Shown piece by piece: positions 15,941-24,782 of a DNA stretch of 45,060 bases. Both the position numbers and the translations under genes were made by a program. The notes under the pieces are model-generated. The model did no database searches. It saw nothing but the letters and a program-made list of their open reading frames with translations, and had not been told where the DNA came from. Position 1 is the first letter of the stretch. Each line of letters starts with the position of its first letter. Source of the stretch: a virus (Duplodnaviria > Caudoviricetes); the IMG/VR virus record IMGVR_UViG_3300017909_001370, positions 1-45,060 of that record; one strand, 5' to 3'.

Positions 15941-16234
15941 TTAATCACCTGTATAGTTGTCACCAGTTGCTTGTTTTTCAGCATAGTATGCCGCGGCGCC
16001 CTCATGGTGTAGTCGGGTAAGCTCTTTGTGATGCTCCGTATTATCGAGGTAGTCATCAATTCGTTTGTGCATTTCATCTTCGGTGATAGTACCAAAGCTT
16101 ATTACATTTACATATTGTAATAATGTTTCGTCGTTGCAATTAAAACCTTTTGCTGGTTTGCCGTTCCACGTCACCCACTCTTGATATGTGTAGGGTGTAT
16201 CTCGGTATGTTATTATATCACCTGATTTATACAT
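15941..16234 (-). CDS. Hypothetical early protein
   Basis: ORF track. Confidence 0.7.
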   Translation of the reverse strand: MYKSGDIITYRDTPYTYQEWVTWNGKPAKGFNCNDETLLQYVNVISFGTITEDEMHKRIDDYLDNTEHHKELTRLHHEGAAAYYAEKQATGDNYTGD

Positions 16235-16240
16235 AGTTAT

Positions 16241-16444
16241 TTATTTTAATAAGTTAAAAAAGTCATCTCTATCTTCTACATAAGTTAAGCCTTTGTAGTT
16301 AAACCATTTATATATACCGTCTTTGTCAGTGTCTTCATTGTATTTGAAGCCGAATGATGGCGGTAGGTTGCCGACTAAATAAGGTTTATATTTAGTGGAG
16401 TTTAATTTAATTTTTTGGTTAGGTAAGAATTTTATAGTATTCAT
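16241..16444 (-). CDS. Hypothetical early protein
   Basis: ORF track; follows promoter copy 4. Confidence 0.7.
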   Translation of the reverse strand: MNTIKFLPNQKIKLNSTKYKPYLVGNLPPSFGFKYNEDTDKDGIYKWFNYKGLTYVEDRDDFFNLLK

Positions 16445-16458
16445 ATTTATTATTTGTA

Positions 16459-16493
16459 TATATTATCGACAATAGTTCGTATTTATTTTGTAA
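16459..16493 (-). promoter_or_regulatory. Early promoter motif copy 4
   Basis: TATATTATCG ACAATAG TTCGT ATTTATTT TGTAA. Confidence 0.8.
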
Positions 16494-16734
16494 AAGTGCC
16501 GTCGTGATACATAGTGTGTATATTATTTGAATACTTTTGCGATTCCCATAATTTCGTATGCGAGAACGATCGACCTTTACTACCGGCTTTTTTCATCGGT
16601 ATTCTTACTCTATTGTATTCTTTATCGGTAAGACCACTGCATAATCCGTCAGATTTGAATTTATTACGGTGTTCTTTAGCTCTCGCTATTCTTGAGTTTT
16701 TAACGTACTCACACGCTTCTTTCATTGTCATCAT
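16483..16734 (-). CDS. Hypothetical basic early protein
   Basis: ORF track; stop codon lies inside promoter copy 4. Confidence 0.6.
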   Translation of the reverse strand: MMTMKEACEYVKNSRIARAKEHRNKFKSDGLCSGLTDKEYNRVRIPMKKAGSKGRSFSHTKLWESQKYSNNIHTMYHDGTFTK

Positions 16735-16868
16735 ACTTTAAATTTACTTGCTACGTGGTATATTTCTTCTTTTTCGTACTGTTCAAGTCCCGGTGTTTGT
16801 TGGGCATACATTCTTAGTACGTAGTGAACAAAGATTGCGTCGGTTTCAGTTAGTTTAATAGTTTTCAT
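16731..16868 (-). CDS. Hypothetical early protein, 45 aa (MKTIKLTETDAIFVHYVLRMY...)
   Basis: Manual ORF after promoter copy 5; ATGA overlap with the next gene. Confidence 0.6.
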   Translation of the reverse strand: MKTIKLTETDAIFVHYVLRMYAQQTPGLEQYEKEEIYHVASKFKV

Positions 16869-16875
16869 ATTCAAA

Positions 16876-16910
16876 TGTATTATCGTTATTAGTTCGTTTT
16901 TATTTTGTAA
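16876..16910 (-). promoter_or_regulatory. Early promoter motif copy 5
   Basis: TGTATTATCG TTATTAG TTCGT TTTTATTT TGTAA. Confidence 0.7.
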
Positions 16911-17230
16911 ATACCATAAGTATTTTCCTTATAAGACTCTAATTGCTTTAGTCTTCGAGTTATAGTATAAGGTATATCCTTTACATTTCGGTTTACCCAG
17001 TCAACTATATATTGAAATCTTTCTTGAGGACACGGTATAAGTATTCTTTCGTACATTTCAAAGTGATTACCTTTAGTATTTGGTGGTACTTTACGCACTC
17101 TATTTATTTGGTATAATCTATCGTGGTTACCGTCTATTCGTACATAGCCAGAAGTATAGGAGTATATAAATCTACCGTCTTTTAGTTGGAATTTTTGAGT
17201 TCCGTTTTTGTTTACGTTTATTAAGTTCAT
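16889..17230 (-). CDS. Hypothetical early protein
   Basis: ORF track. Confidence 0.7.
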   Translation of the reverse strand: MNLINVNKNGTQKFQLKDGRFIYSYTSGYVRIDGNHDRLYQINRVRKVPPNTKGNHFEMYERILIPCPQERFQYIVDWVNRNVKDIPYTITRRLKQLESYKENTYGIYKIKTN

Positions 17231-17231
17231 A

Positions 17232-17417
17232 TTAGTTATATATTTGGTTTAATAAGTCTTCAACTAGCATTTCTTCAGTTTCACCATCTTCAAGGTCACA
17301 ATCTCTATTTACAAAGATTTCAACTTGTTCTTTAATAGTATTAAAGTCATCACCGAGTTTTATACATTCTCTGAATAGGTACAAAGTTTCTTCGTCCCAA
17401 TAAAATCTATTTTCCAT
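17232..17417 (-). CDS. Hypothetical acidic early protein (start MENRFYW)
   Basis: Track ORF trimmed to the ATG. Confidence 0.6.
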   Translation of the reverse strand: MENRFYWDEETLYLFRECIKLGDDFNTIKEQVEIFVNRDCDLEDGETEEMLVEDLLNQIYN

Positions 17418-17418
17418 A

Positions 17419-17556
17419 TTATTTGGTATTAGTAGTTTGATAAAATTCAATTCTTTCTTCAACTTCTTTACGAGTTATTTCACCTTTCATTTGACGTAAA
17501 ATATCATTACTCATATCGATTTGTTTTCCGTTTTGACAAGTGAGTATAAATTGCAT
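17419..17556 (-). CDS. Hypothetical early protein, 45 aa (MQFILTCQNGKQIDMS...)
   Basis: Manual ORF. Confidence 0.6.
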   Translation of the reverse strand: MQFILTCQNGKQIDMSNDILRQMKGEITRKEVEERIEFYQTTNTK

Positions 17557-17567
17557 AGTTAATAATT

Positions 17568-17765
17568 TTAGAGTATAGAGTAATAAATTTCGTCTATATT
17601 ATATTTAGTTTCGTTTAGTTTATTCACTAATAATTCTTGTTCAAATAGTTCAGTGAAATTTTCATTTTCGTCGTCTAAGTTAATAGAGTTGTTAATGTGA
17701 ATTATATCTAATTTTTTGTCGGTGTCTTGACAATATAATTGGACAGAGTAATTATTTGAAGTCAT
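17568..17765 (-). CDS. Hypothetical early protein
   Basis: ORF track; follows promoter copy 6. Confidence 0.6.
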   Translation of the reverse strand: MTSNNYSVQLYCQDTDKKLDIIHINNSINLDDENENFTELFEQELLVNKLNETKYNIDEIYYSIL

Positions 17766-17789
17766 ATTAGTATTTATTTTTTATTCAAT

Positions 17790-17824
17790 TATATTATCGA
17801 TTTCACTTCGTATTTATATTGTAA
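17790..17824 (-). promoter_or_regulatory. Early promoter motif copy 6
   Basis: TATATTATCG ATTTCAC TTCGT ATTTATAT TGTAA. Confidence 0.8.
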
Positions 17825-17912
17825 AAAAGTATATACTTTGTTTGTAGGTAAAAAAGTTATTACAGTTATTATACTATATCTCCAAGTATGAAAAAATAAT
17901 TTATTCAAAAAC

Positions 17913-17960
17913 TGTGACATTAGGTAGTTATATTAAATATAATAAGAAGCTATCGTCGCA
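17913..17960 (+). promoter_or_regulatory. Inverted-repeat element copy 2
   Basis: TGTGACATTAGG-N24-GCTATCGTCGCA. Confidence 0.65.
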
Positions 17961-18091
17961 TACCGAACAATTAAATTAGGTATAGGTGGTTGCTATACAC
18001 ATCAGTTACGATGCATATTGCAGATCTGTTCAACGTTATTTATACTGGTGATGATACACATCTCAACGCGCCAGTTGGCAGAGGAACTAGA

Positions 18092-18406
18092 TTACTTTAC
18101 TTCATCTAGTTCAACTCTTTCGATTACAATATCTCTGACATTAGAAGGCATGTCGGTAGATTGAGACCAGTAGCCTCTTTTAATCCAGCAAGGCATAATG
18201 CTTAGCTTAGGTAACATAACTTTGAGAACTTCATCATGATTGTAAGTAATCTTTTGATTTTTGTTATTGACAAAGGTTATGATTTGATTTCGACCGAGCC
18301 AAGACTTTCGGACAACAAAGTTTTTACGCTCGATTGGTGGAAAGATTTCAGATAGCTCTGCTTTAGACAATTTAGATATTGCGGATTGTAATTTAGAATT
18401 TGACAT
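18092..18406 (-). CDS. Hypothetical early protein
   Basis: ORF track; follows promoter copy 7. Confidence 0.75.
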   Translation of the reverse strand: MSNSKLQSAISKLSKAELSEIFPPIERKNFVVRKSWLGRNQIITFVNNKNQKITYNHDEVLKVMLPKLSIMPCWIKRGYWSQSTDMPSNVRDIVIERVELDEVK

Positions 18407-18430
18407 ATTTATTTAATTATTTATTTCATT

Positions 18431-18465
18431 TATATTATCGTTTACCGTTCGTATAGAGTTTGTAA
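18431..18465 (-). promoter_or_regulatory. Early promoter motif copy 7
   Basis: TATATTATCG TTTACCG TTCGT ATAGAGTT TGTAA. Confidence 0.8.
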
Positions 18466-18466
18466 A

Positions 18467-18601
18467 TTATACTCTAAATGTTGGTTCAGTTATTAGAAGG
18501 AATATTGAGTATAAGATTCCAGCGATTGCTAGAGTGCCAATTCCAGCTACAGTTACATTCGTGATGAAGGCGATTACTTTGTGGGTAAATTTTCTGTTCA
18601 T
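18467..18601 (-). CDS. 44-aa single-pass membrane peptide
   Basis: Manual ORF MNRKFTHKVIAFITNVTVAGIGTLAIAGILYSIFLLITEPTFRV, between promoter copies 8 and 7. Confidence 0.65.
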   Translation of the reverse strand: MNRKFTHKVIAFITNVTVAGIGTLAIAGILYSIFLLITEPTFRV

Positions 18602-18620
18602 GATTATTATTTTATTCGTT

Positions 18621-18655
18621 TATATTATCGTTTAAGGTTCGTATTAGTTTTGTGA
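18621..18655 (-). promoter_or_regulatory. Early promoter motif copy 8
   Basis: TATATTATCG TTTAAGG TTCGT ATTAGTTT TGTGA. Confidence 0.8.
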
Positions 18656-18656
18656 G

Positions 18657-18797
18657 TTAGCTACGGTACTCTTCTTCGCGTAGCCGCTCAAGGTCATTGA
18701 TCTCGCGCATAGTTGATCGGTACTGGACCCAGTAGCCACAGTCTTCAAACCAGTCTGCTTTGCGATACAAATCCTGAAGTTTAGTAGTAATGTTCAT
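18657..18797 (-). CDS. Hypothetical early protein, 46 aa (MNITTKLQDLYRKADWFEDCGYW...)
   Basis: Manual ORF between promoter copies 9 and 8. Confidence 0.65.
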   Translation of the reverse strand: MNITTKLQDLYRKADWFEDCGYWVQYRSTMREINDLERLREEEYRS

Positions 18798-18821
18798 AAG
18801 ACTATTATTATTTTATTCACT

Positions 18822-18856
18822 TATATTATCGAAATAACATCGTACTAATACTGTAA
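18822..18856 (-). promoter_or_regulatory. Early promoter motif copy 9
   Basis: TATATTATCG AAATAAC ATCGT ACTAATAC TGTAA. Confidence 0.75.
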
Positions 18857-18857
18857 A

Positions 18858-18980
18858 TGCTATACACGTATATCCTGTACACGGGATCCTGTGCTGTAGC
18901 AAACGTAAACATGATGCATGATCCTGCGCTAATGCTATACATGATCCTGGTCTGGGATCCTGGCATAAACGTGTAAACGA
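18858..18980. repeat. Cluster of short repeats at the divergence point
   Basis: (G)ATCCTG x5 (18872, 18885, 18920, 18943, 18956), TGCTATACAY x2, RTAAAC x3. Confidence 0.75.
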
Positions 18981-19074
18981 TACGGGGGCTGGTGAAAACA
19001 AACGCGTTTTCCTAATACGTATGCTATCGGTATAAGCAGTAGCAACCCATTACTTCTCTATAACTAACTATTTT

Positions 19075-19120
19075 TGTGACGTTAGGTAATTATATATAAT
19101 AGTAACACGCAATTGTCACA
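19075..19120 (+). promoter_or_regulatory. Inverted-repeat element copy 3
   Basis: TGTGACGTTAGG-N22-GCAATTGTCACA. Confidence 0.6.
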
Positions 19121-19155
19121 TTAAGAACTCCGAAAACAGCGTAATCATACAAAGT

Positions 19156-19392
19156 ATGACACAAAATCTATCTCCGGCAGCACGTAGAGCAAAGGCTGCG
19201 CGGGACAAAGCATATGCAATGACCCCAGCAAGGAGACGAAAGAAAGCAGAAAACCAAAGAAGACGTCGTGCAGCTGGTTCAGAGGCCAATAATAAGGATT
19301 GGGACCACAAAGATCAAAGATGGGAAACACCAGAACAAAATAGAGGTAACGACGGGGAAGGTACTAAGAAAGAATCAGGCGCTAATTACTAG
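19156..19392 (+). CDS. Small basic protein with a degenerate HNH-like motif
   Basis: KDWDHKD...NRG after a basic helix; first gene of the rightward arm. Confidence 0.6.
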   Translation: MTQNLSPAARRAKAARDKAYAMTPARRRKKAENQRRRRAAGSEANNKDWDHKDQRWETPEQNRGNDGEGTKKESGANY

Positions 19393-19409
19393 CGTAAAAC
19401 ACAAAATAG

Positions 19410-22256
19410 ATGGCTAGACTAAGGCAATATACTAAAGGTAACGTATCTTTACTGGATAAAGTAGTAGGTACAGACGTAGAAAACCAATATAATACGATAA
19501 ATATATCTTTAGCAAGCATCGTAGACTTAGCGGTGCAGTATTTTTCTACAAATGGTGGCGGCGATGCGATAAATCAGAGCCTTTTTAGCCTTACAGAAAG
19601 CATAGAAAACAATTCTATAGCAATTGCAAGCTATAATCAGTCAATTTCCACCAATACTTCCAACATTGCAGCTATAACAACACGTACAGAGGACCTAGAG
19701 TCAGTGTTTTCAACAGATGTTGACGGCAATTTAACCATTTCTGCTGCAAATATTAGCAATTTAGCTGAAACAGTGGCTGCAGAGGGGTTTGCAAGCGCAA
19801 CACAAGTCAATGCAGTCGACTCTAAAGTAGATAATATAGTAGATGGTAGCACAGTTTTAAGCACATATGCCACAAATACCCAATTACAGGCAACAGAATC
19901 AACATTAGAAGGATCAATTGCTACAACTGAGAACAATTTAACCGCAGCTTACGAAGCGTATACAGATGGTGAGCTAACAAACTACTCGACAACAACCGCT
20001 ACGCAGAGCTTAATAACGAATGCAACAGCCGATATGGCAAGCGCAAGTTTTGTAACAAACTTAGCGTCCTCACTGGGTACAACAGACAGCAGTGGTAATC
20101 TAACAGTGAGCGAGGCTTTTGCGAATAGCGTGCTAAATACTGAAACAACTTCAGATTTTGCAAGCGCACAGTCGGTTACGGATTTAACAACTACCGTAGG
20201 AGGCAATACTACTTCAATATCTACTAATGCAACCTCAATAACAGACATCGAAGGCAATGTTTCAGGCTCTTATGGCGTAACGGTAGATGCTAACGGGTCT
20301 ATTGCGGGATTACAGCTATTAAGCGATGGTACTACTTCAAGTATGAAGTTTGCAGCCGACCAGTTTAAGTTTACAAATGGGAGTGGCACATTAACACCAT
20401 TCTCAATAGATACTGTAAATAATAAAATTAATTTAACCGGTGATGTTGTATTTAGCTCCGGTGGAGGAAACTATGGCGATTCAGATGTTCAAAGCTATAT
20501 TGATAGTGTAGGTGAAATATTTACAAGCACTACAACAATAAGCGGTGGGCAAATAACAACAGGGCTTATAAAAAACAGTACATACCCACATTCAGCAGGT
20601 CACTCAGGATTTTCAACCGCTGGTATGGCAATTGATCTAGATAATGGTTCAATACATGCAAAAGAGTTTTTTGTAGATTCAGATGGAAGCTCGTCATTTG
20701 GTGGCTCGCATACAGCTGGTAACTTAGGAAATTGGGTTGTAACAAACAATGCTTTAAAATCAGGACAATCAAATCCATCTATAGTATTTGACCCTACCGG
20801 TAATTATGCCGAAACAGGTAGTGAAAAAGTGGTGGTATCTGCAGTTAATTTACCTACAATCTCTCCTTCTGCAGGTGTAAACTTAGATTTTGAACGGAAT
20901 CAATATAGTGGTGGTACAATTATATCCTCTGCTTATTCTATTTCGGCGAGCACAACCATTCCCTCAATCGTGCCAACTCATAATTTAACTGGAACTAATG
21001 GATATATTACTACGTCTAATAATATAACCGTAGTGCAAGACGCTTTTGGCGAAAGCAACAATATAGGATATGAGCATCCTGGGGGTAACTTAGAATTCTC
21101 AATGCCTTACGCGGCGGGAGTAGACCAATGTACTTTTGACGCCCAAGTTCAAGAACGATTTTTGCAAGAATGGGGCGCTAACTTTACCACTAATGAATTC
21201 GAAGACCCTAGCACAAGGATCAGAACAAATGCCTCGGTTAATAAGATAGGTATAGTAGAATTTGATTATAGTGTAAAACTTGTAACTAAAATGTACAGGG
21301 GTAGTAGCAGCGACACGGCGACTACTGTTCAAAACGCGACTTTAGAACAAACTTTTACTGAAACTCTGGATAGCGGAACAAAGCTTATTAATTTAAATGA
21401 TTTTATTCAAATAACAAACCAAACCACAGATAACACTTATCCGTATTCAAATATGAATACAGCTGACGCCAACAATGATTTTCTTGTTGATACAATTTAC
21501 TACTCCGCACAACTTGATTTTGGCAATTGGAATGGCGGCACTCAAACGCAGGGCGCAGCTCCTATAAATGTTAGTGCCGGCAAGCTATTTTTAATACCTA
21601 GTATTGAATACAAAATAGAAGATATACGCTTTTGGAAATCAACCGACTACAGCGATTCAGGGTATGCTAGCGGCGCAAGATTTAATGCCTCCCTGCATGA
21701 CTTTGGAGGGTGGTATAGTAGCGGCGGCGGGCATAATGCTTCAGCAACAGCCCTAACACAAGCTTTATTTAAAGGAGGCGACCCCAAAATAAACATAGGA
21801 TTAAACGGTACACAAGTAAGAGGGCAGGAGGGCTATGTGGCTTTAGGCGATATTACTTCAACCGACTCTATCGCACAATTTTGGGGAGATACGGAGGTCA
21901 TAGGTACAATTACGACAAACTCTACTGCTACATTTTCAGATGAAAGATTAAAGCAAAATATTGCGCCTATAAAAAATTCAATAGAGACAATTAAATTATT
22001 AAACCCGGTTACATATAAATGGAATAGAAATAAACTTAACGTATCAGGCACTAAGCACGGGTTTATCGCACAAGAAGTAAGAGATATTATACCATCAACC
22101 GTGTTGGGTGGCAAAAAAATTGCAGATATTGATGATACACTTGCTGTAGAATATAATAACTTTATAGCACTTAACACATCCGCGATTAAAGAACTAATAG
22201 AAAAAATAGAAGCTTTAGAAGCTGAAATAGAAACATTAAAACAAACAAATGGCTAG
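19410..22256 (+). CDS. Tail fibre/spike with C-terminal intramolecular chaperone (peptidase S74)
   Basis: Ser/Thr-rich coiled shaft; SDERLKQNI...LNPVTYKW...GFIAQEV...V.Y...AIKEL C-terminus; GL.L......S...F.ADQF segment reminiscent of gpJ-type tips. Confidence 0.85.
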   Translation: MARLRQYTKGNVSLLDKVVGTDVENQYNTINISLASIVDLAVQYFSTNGGGDAINQSLFSLTESIENNSIAIASYNQSISTNTSNIAAITTRTEDLESVFSTDVDGNLTISAANISNLAETVAAEGFASATQVNAVDSKVDNIVDGSTVLSTYATNTQLQATESTLEGSIATTENNLTAAYEAYTDGELTNYSTTTATQSLITNATADMASASFVTNLASSLGTTDSSGNLTVSEAFANSVLNTETTSDFASAQSVTDLTTTVGGNTTSISTNATSITDIEGNVSGSYGVTVDANGSIAGLQLLSDGTTSSMKFAADQFKFTNGSGTLTPFSIDTVNNKINLTGDVVFSSGGGNYGDSDVQSYIDSVGEIFTSTTTISGGQITTGLIKNSTYPHSAGHSGFSTAGMAIDLDNGSIHAKEFFVDSDGSSSFGGSHTAGNLGNWVVTNNALKSGQSNPSIVFDPTGNYAETGSEKVVVSAVNLPTISPSAGVNLDFERNQYSGGTIISSAYSISASTTIPSIVPTHNLTGTNGYITTSNNITVVQDAFGESNNIGYEHPGGNLEFSMPYAAGVDQCTFDAQVQERFLQEWGANFTTNEFEDPSTRIRTNASVNKIGIVEFDYSVKLVTKMYRGSSSDTATTVQNATLEQTFTETLDSGTKLINLNDFIQITNQTTDNTYPYSNMNTADANNDFLVDTIYYSAQLDFGNWNGGTQTQGAAPINVSAGKLFLIPSIEYKIEDIRFWKSTDYSDSGYASGARFNASLHDFGGWYSSGGGHNASATALTQALFKGGDPKINIGLNGTQVRGQEGYVALGDITSTDSIAQFWGDTEVIGTITTNSTATFSDERLKQNIAPIKNSIETIKLLNPVTYKWNRNKLNVSGTKHGFIAQEVRDIIPSTVLGGKKIADIDDTLAVEYNNFIALNTSAIKELIEKIEALEAEIETLKQTNG

Positions 22257-24024
22257 AATACCTACTTATCAAAAAGACGCCAATATATCTGATAATGATT
22301 TTATATTAGGATCAGACGGTGATAACAATGAGCTTGCGACTAAAAATTTTTATTTAGGTGCTATAGCTGAGTTTACTATTGACAAGCTTATTGACCCTGA
22401 CGCTACGCAGGCATATATACCTGTATTTAGAAACACCCTTAATACACAGGGAGCAAACGCAACAAGAATAACTAATTCTATAATGACCCAGGACACATAT
22501 CCAACGGGTACAAAAATATCAATAACAGGGGATTTATATGTGTCTAACAACGGCGAAATAGATGATGATCTTGTGATCGGCAACGATTTATCGGTTGGTG
22601 GCGACGGAACTATAACAAGCAATTTAGCAGTACAAGGCCAAATAGAAGGCGGAACATTAGATATTTATGAATTTGGAAGCATAGGTACTGATCTTTCTAT
22701 AGGTAACAATTTAACTGTACAGGGTAAAACAACAACAAATACGCTTCAGGTTGACAGTACAGCTTTTATAGGTGGTGTGTTAACAATGGAAGATAATATT
22801 AGTATGACACGAAATGGTCGTATTACAGATCTTGAAGATCCCATTGACGCACAAGACGCGGCAACTAAAGCTTATGTTGATGCTTCTGGTGTAAATGGAA
22901 CCGGCACAACTAATACACTTCCATTATGGTCAGATGGGCCGGCGAGCGTTTTAGGTGATTCTATTGTATCTCAATCCGGATCAGTAATAACTGCATTAGG
23001 CGCAGTAAAAATAGGTGCAGGTCATACAGCAATTGGTAATTATAATTTAACTTCAGGTGAAAACAATAGTGTTTCAGGTAATCTTTCTGTAGCTTTTGGT
23101 TTTAACAATACTGTAACAGGAAATAGAGCTGGTGGATTAGGCGCAAATAACACTGTTGCAGGTGGTCAAGTTTGGGCAACAGGTGATGGGAACGATGTAG
23201 GTCTTAACGTTTTAAACGTAGGTGGAAATATCATTACTGCTGGTTTTGACAATACTGTTAAGTCAGGCAACTCTTGTGTAATAGGATCTAATAATGATTT
23301 AACTAATACGTCGGGACTTCAATCTGTAAAAACAAACTTTGCTTTAGGCTCTGCAAATACTATAAACGATGTATCTGACGGAATAGCTATTGGTTTTAAT
23401 AATACTATAAACAATAGTGAAAGTTGCACCTTAGGTGAAAGTAATACTACAAACGCAAGTGATACTTATGCTGTAGGTAAAAATAATGAGCTTGGAAGTA
23501 AAGATGATTACGTTTTTGGACTTAATAATACAATTGGTGGTAGTGCAGTTAATTCAACAATTGTTGGTGATAGCAATACTATAAGTGGACCTAACTCCTA
23601 TGCTATAGGTGAAAGTAATAGCCTTAGCAGTCAAAAAGATTATGCTTTTGGATTTAACAATACAATTGGAGGAAGTGCAAACTTAGCGATGGCTCTTGGT
23701 CAAAATAACAATTTAACAGGTAGTCAATCTTATGCTTTTGGTAGAAACCTGCAAGATGGAGGTGAAGATAATACTATTATAATTGGGCGTTATAATGTAA
23801 CACCTACTGCTACCGGTAGAATTGTGTTTGGTACTGGATTTTCTGATACCGGCAGAAGAAATTCAATAGAAATACAAGCAGGTAATAACACACAATCTGG
23901 TTTACTTTTTAAAGCTCTTCAAGCTTCAAATAGTTACGCAGATGACGCAGCGGCTGCAGCTGGAGGGGTAGAGCTTGGGGAATTGTATAGAAATGGAAAT
24001 GTAGTACATATTAGAATTACATAA
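22249..24024 (+). CDS. Tail fibre/adhesin with YadA-head-like 14-residue G..N repeats
   Basis: Repeated S.A.G..N.. units; DP...QDAATK.YVD motif. Confidence 0.8.
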   Translation: MARIPTYQKDANISDNDFILGSDGDNNELATKNFYLGAIAEFTIDKLIDPDATQAYIPVFRNTLNTQGANATRITNSIMTQDTYPTGTKISITGDLYVSNNGEIDDDLVIGNDLSVGGDGTITSNLAVQGQIEGGTLDIYEFGSIGTDLSIGNNLTVQGKTTTNTLQVDSTAFIGGVLTMEDNISMTRNGRITDLEDPIDAQDAATKAYVDASGVNGTGTTNTLPLWSDGPASVLGDSIVSQSGSVITALGAVKIGAGHTAIGNYNLTSGENNSVSGNLSVAFGFNNTVTGNRAGGLGANNTVAGGQVWATGDGNDVGLNVLNVGGNIITAGFDNTVKSGNSCVIGSNNDLTNTSGLQSVKTNFALGSANTINDVSDGIAIGFNNTINNSESCTLGESNTTNASDTYAVGKNNELGSKDDYVFGLNNTIGGSAVNSTIVGDSNTISGPNSYAIGESNSLSSQKDYAFGFNNTIGGSANLAMALGQNNNLTGSQSYAFGRNLQDGGEDNTIIIGRYNVTPTATGRIVFGTGFSDTGRRNSIEIQAGNNTQSGLLFKALQASNSYADDAAAAAGGVELGELYRNGNVVHIRIT

Positions 24025-24059
24025 GTGGATTAACGCCTGAATAAAGCACATTAATAACT

Positions 24060-24776
24060 ATGGCTAGAATAAGCACATACGCATTAGACGCTAAACCAGA
24101 TTTAGCAGACAAGGTATTAGGAACAAATACGTCTCCTGGAGCGCAATCGCAAACTAAAAATTATTCTTTAAGAAACATGGTAGAAATGTTTAATGAAGAA
24201 AATGCTGTTGCTATCGCTGGTCAATCTATATTTAAGTTTCAATCCGATAAATTATTAGAAGGTAGAGATAGTGGTACTATTAGCTTTAGAGCTGGGGAAG
24301 GCGACAGAACACCGTTTTTAAATATAGGTGAATTATTTATAAGCATTAAGAATAGTGGTAATAAAAGAATTATAGAGTTATTACAAACTATGGTTAAGTC
24401 TCGTATTATATTATGTCAAACAGACGATATAAATAATTTTGGTGTATATTATTTAGATAAGCTAAAACAAGATACATTAGAAACAGATTTTTACGTTGCA
24501 ACACTGGCACCTGACCCCGATATGGTAAATGGTGCTATAACAGAAAAAAAATATTATGCAATAGCCGAATACTTTAAACAAGATGCTTTTGAGGTATGGG
24601 AACAGTCAGCAGCATCTAATATTTGGACTATAACACATACACTCGACAAAAAGCCGTCTATTACGGTTGTAGACTCAGGTGATAATAAAGTATATGGCAA
24701 AATAGATTATATAGACAACAATACATTAACAATAACATTTAACGCCGCATTTTCCGGCAAGGCATATTTAAACTAA
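24060..24776 (+). CDS. Virion structural protein (fibre-associated)
   Basis: Shares the MARI.TY...D.VLGT...TKN N-terminus; C-terminal W.I.H.L...PS.TVVD...F...FSGKAYLN domain. Confidence 0.7.
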   Translation: MARISTYALDAKPDLADKVLGTNTSPGAQSQTKNYSLRNMVEMFNEENAVAIAGQSIFKFQSDKLLEGRDSGTISFRAGEGDRTPFLNIGELFISIKNSGNKRIIELLQTMVKSRIILCQTDDINNFGVYYLDKLKQDTLETDFYVATLAPDPDMVNGAITEKKYYAIAEYFKQDAFEVWEQSAASNIWTITHTLDKKPSITVVDSGDNKVYGKIDYIDNNTLTITFNAAFSGKAYLN

Positions 24777-24782
24777 CAAATC

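Noticed and set aside
18813-19330. Track ORFs 18813..19001, 19116..19310 and 19145..19330
   Set aside because: They run through the repeat cluster and promoter, or are antisense to 19156..19392, with no protein-like features.
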